A stretch of 64,000 nucleotides of DNA, from the NCBI GenBank assembly GCA_013265495.1, contig MU058781.1, positions 7,979,009-8,043,008 of the forward strand, in the 5' to 3' direction. Position numbers and translations under genes: made by a program. Under the pieces are notes generated by a model. That model saw only the letters and a list, made by a program, of their open reading frames with translations. It did no database searches and was not told the DNA's origin. Origin of the DNA: Vicugna vicugna (lineage: Eukaryota). How positions within the stretch are numbered: the first letter of the stretch is position 1; each line of letters opens with the position of its first letter. Shown one piece after another: positions 62,723 through 64,000 of the stretch.

Positions 62723-62767
62723 GCCGGCGCGGTGAACAAGCAGGGCGACAGCATTCTGTGCCGCTGA
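62723..62767 (+). CDS. ID4: ID4 coding exon 2 (aa 148-161, [14 protein letters not shown]); the exon continues as UTR to 62781
   Basis: Acceptor ttgctgttccAG|GCC at 62722/62723, TGA at 62765-62767, donor CAG|GTGAGC at 62781/62782. 147+14 = 161 aa, the usual ID4 length. Confidence 0.96.
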   Translation, partial: AGAVNKQGDSILCR

Positions 62768-63278
62768 GCCGCGCTGTCCAGGTGAGCGCGCGTTTCCCTT
62801 TTCGAGTGGCTGGTCACCGGAGACGCCGGTGTCCGGGGGTTTCCGCTGCCAGCCACAGTAGTGTTCCTTGCCCCCAGCATTTCTGAAGGCAAATTCCCAA
62901 GGAGGCGGACACCCCCCCTCCCCGCCACCGCCACCCAGTTAGTAAGTGAACCGGTACTTAGCTTTATTTAGTATCTTGGGAATTCACTCGAAATGGGACG
63001 GATCAGCTCATGCCCCCGCCGCCCCCCGGTGACCGGAGGGCTCTAACAGCCCTTCTTCCCGCCGCCGAAGGAGGGTCACCTCGTGGGCGTGGTGCCCAAT
63101 GTGCCCCCGCGCAGTCTGACACCCACCAAAGAGGACGCAGGCAGGGCCCGGGGGTGGGTTCCCTATACGGGCTTCCCGGGGGCCCGCAGCTGCCTGGCCG
63201 GGCCGCGGACCGCGGGTGTAGTCTGACCTGGTGGTTTGTTTTGGGTTGTTGATCAAGCATGTCTTGAGTTTGGTCGGT

Positions 63279-63294
63279 GGCGCCAGTTAGTCTG
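63279..63294 (+). promoter_or_regulatory. Bipartite BMP-response element (Smad1/5 + Smad4) in ID4 intron 2
   Basis: GGCGCC-AGTTA-GTCTG, an exact GGCGCC-N5-GTCT(G) arrangement. Confidence 0.65.
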
Positions 63295-63340
63295 CAGCGG
63301 GAAGGTTCACACACCCCCTCTATTCATTCCTCTTCCACAG

Positions 63341-64000
63341 GTGTGCGGCCGCCTGAGCCCGAGCCAGGAGCACTAGAAAGGGAGGGGGAAGAGCAGAAGT
63401 TAGAGAAAAAGCCAGCGGAGGAAAGGAAAAAAAAATCAGCAAATCCTAGAAACGTCTCATTCTTCATTCCAAGAGAGAGAGAGGGAAGAAAAATAAAAGT
63501 TTCATCTTTTTTTTTTTTGCACGTTCATAAACATTCTACATACGTATTCTCTTTTGTCTCTTCATTTATAACCGCTGTGAATTGTACATTTCTGTGTTTT
63601 TTGGAGGTGCAGTTAAACTTTTAAGCTTAAGTGTGACAGGACTGATAAATAGGAGATCACGAGTAAAACCGACTTTAGAAACCTACTTTGTGACCAAGGA
63701 GCTCAATTTTTGTTTTGAAGCTTTACTAATATACCAGAGCATTGTAGATATTTTTTTTTGACATCTATTGTTTAAAATAGATGATTATAAGGGGGCAGGG
63801 AACTTTCTTTTCCCTGCAAGAATGTTACATATTGTATAGATAACTGAGTGACATTTCATACCATGTATATATAGAGATGTTCTATAAGTGTGAGAAAGTA
63901 TATGCTTTAATAGACTACTGTAATTATAAGATATTTTTAATTAAATATTTTTTGTAAATATTATGTGTGTGTTTTTTTTAATCATGCAAATATTTCTTTT
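63341..64000 (+). other. ID4: ID4 exon 3 (3' UTR), truncated by window end
   Basis: Pyrimidine tract tattcattcctcttccacAG|G at 63340/63341, followed by AU-rich UTR-like sequence. Fits the 3-exon ID gene layout with a non-coding last exon. Confidence 0.88.

Larger units (their letters stand above)
61000..63360. promoter_or_regulatory. CpG island over ID4 promoter, exons 1-2 and both introns
   Basis: Very high GC and CpG density against an AT-rich, CpG-depleted background. Confidence 0.93.

Noticed and set aside
61637..62767. 376-aa ORF as the primary ID4 protein
   Set aside because: It starts at a TTG in the 5' UTR and reads through intron 1. The canonical product is the spliced 161-aa protein; the read-through features are reported as hypotheses only.
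1..64000. Prokaryote-type systems (operons, CRISPR, defence loci) or a novel multi-gene system
   Set aside because: The sequence is clearly mammalian, with one spliced gene and interspersed repeats. There are no repeat-spacer arrays or long unexplained ORFs.

Overview
Mammalian (eutherian) genomic DNA. The only supportable protein-coding gene is ID4 (inhibitor of DNA binding 4, dominant-negative HLH protein) on the + strand at the right end. It has a TATA/CCAAT/GC-box CpG-island promoter (~61.0-61.5 kb), coding exons 61889-62329 and 62723-62767 (161 aa), and a non-coding exon 3 from 63341 that runs off the window. The other ~60 kb is upstream gene desert filled with L1, L2, MIR, MLT/ERV LTRs, MER DNA transposons and microsatellites. 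I recognised no Alu, B1/B2, Bov-A/tA, PRE-1 or Can-SINE. The young L1 tails look camelid-like, but that is recall-based inference. I found no evidence of a new multi-gene system. The best leads are: (1) an orphan CpG island ~28.6 kb upstream carrying a complete ID-family-type BMP/Smad response module, with a second GGCGCC-N5-GTCTG element in ID4 intron 2; (2) ID4 intron 1 is 393 nt, in frame and stop-free, so retention would encode a 292-aa ID4; (3) a TSD-flanked, tailless retrocopy of the 5' half of tRNA-Glu(CTC); (4) two ~100-bp L1-tail insertions with the same 5' start; (5) a very old non-LTR retrotransposon fossil whose peptide looks more Tx1/non-mammalian-L1-like than mammalian L1. Repeat subfamily names and boundaries are by eye and approximate.
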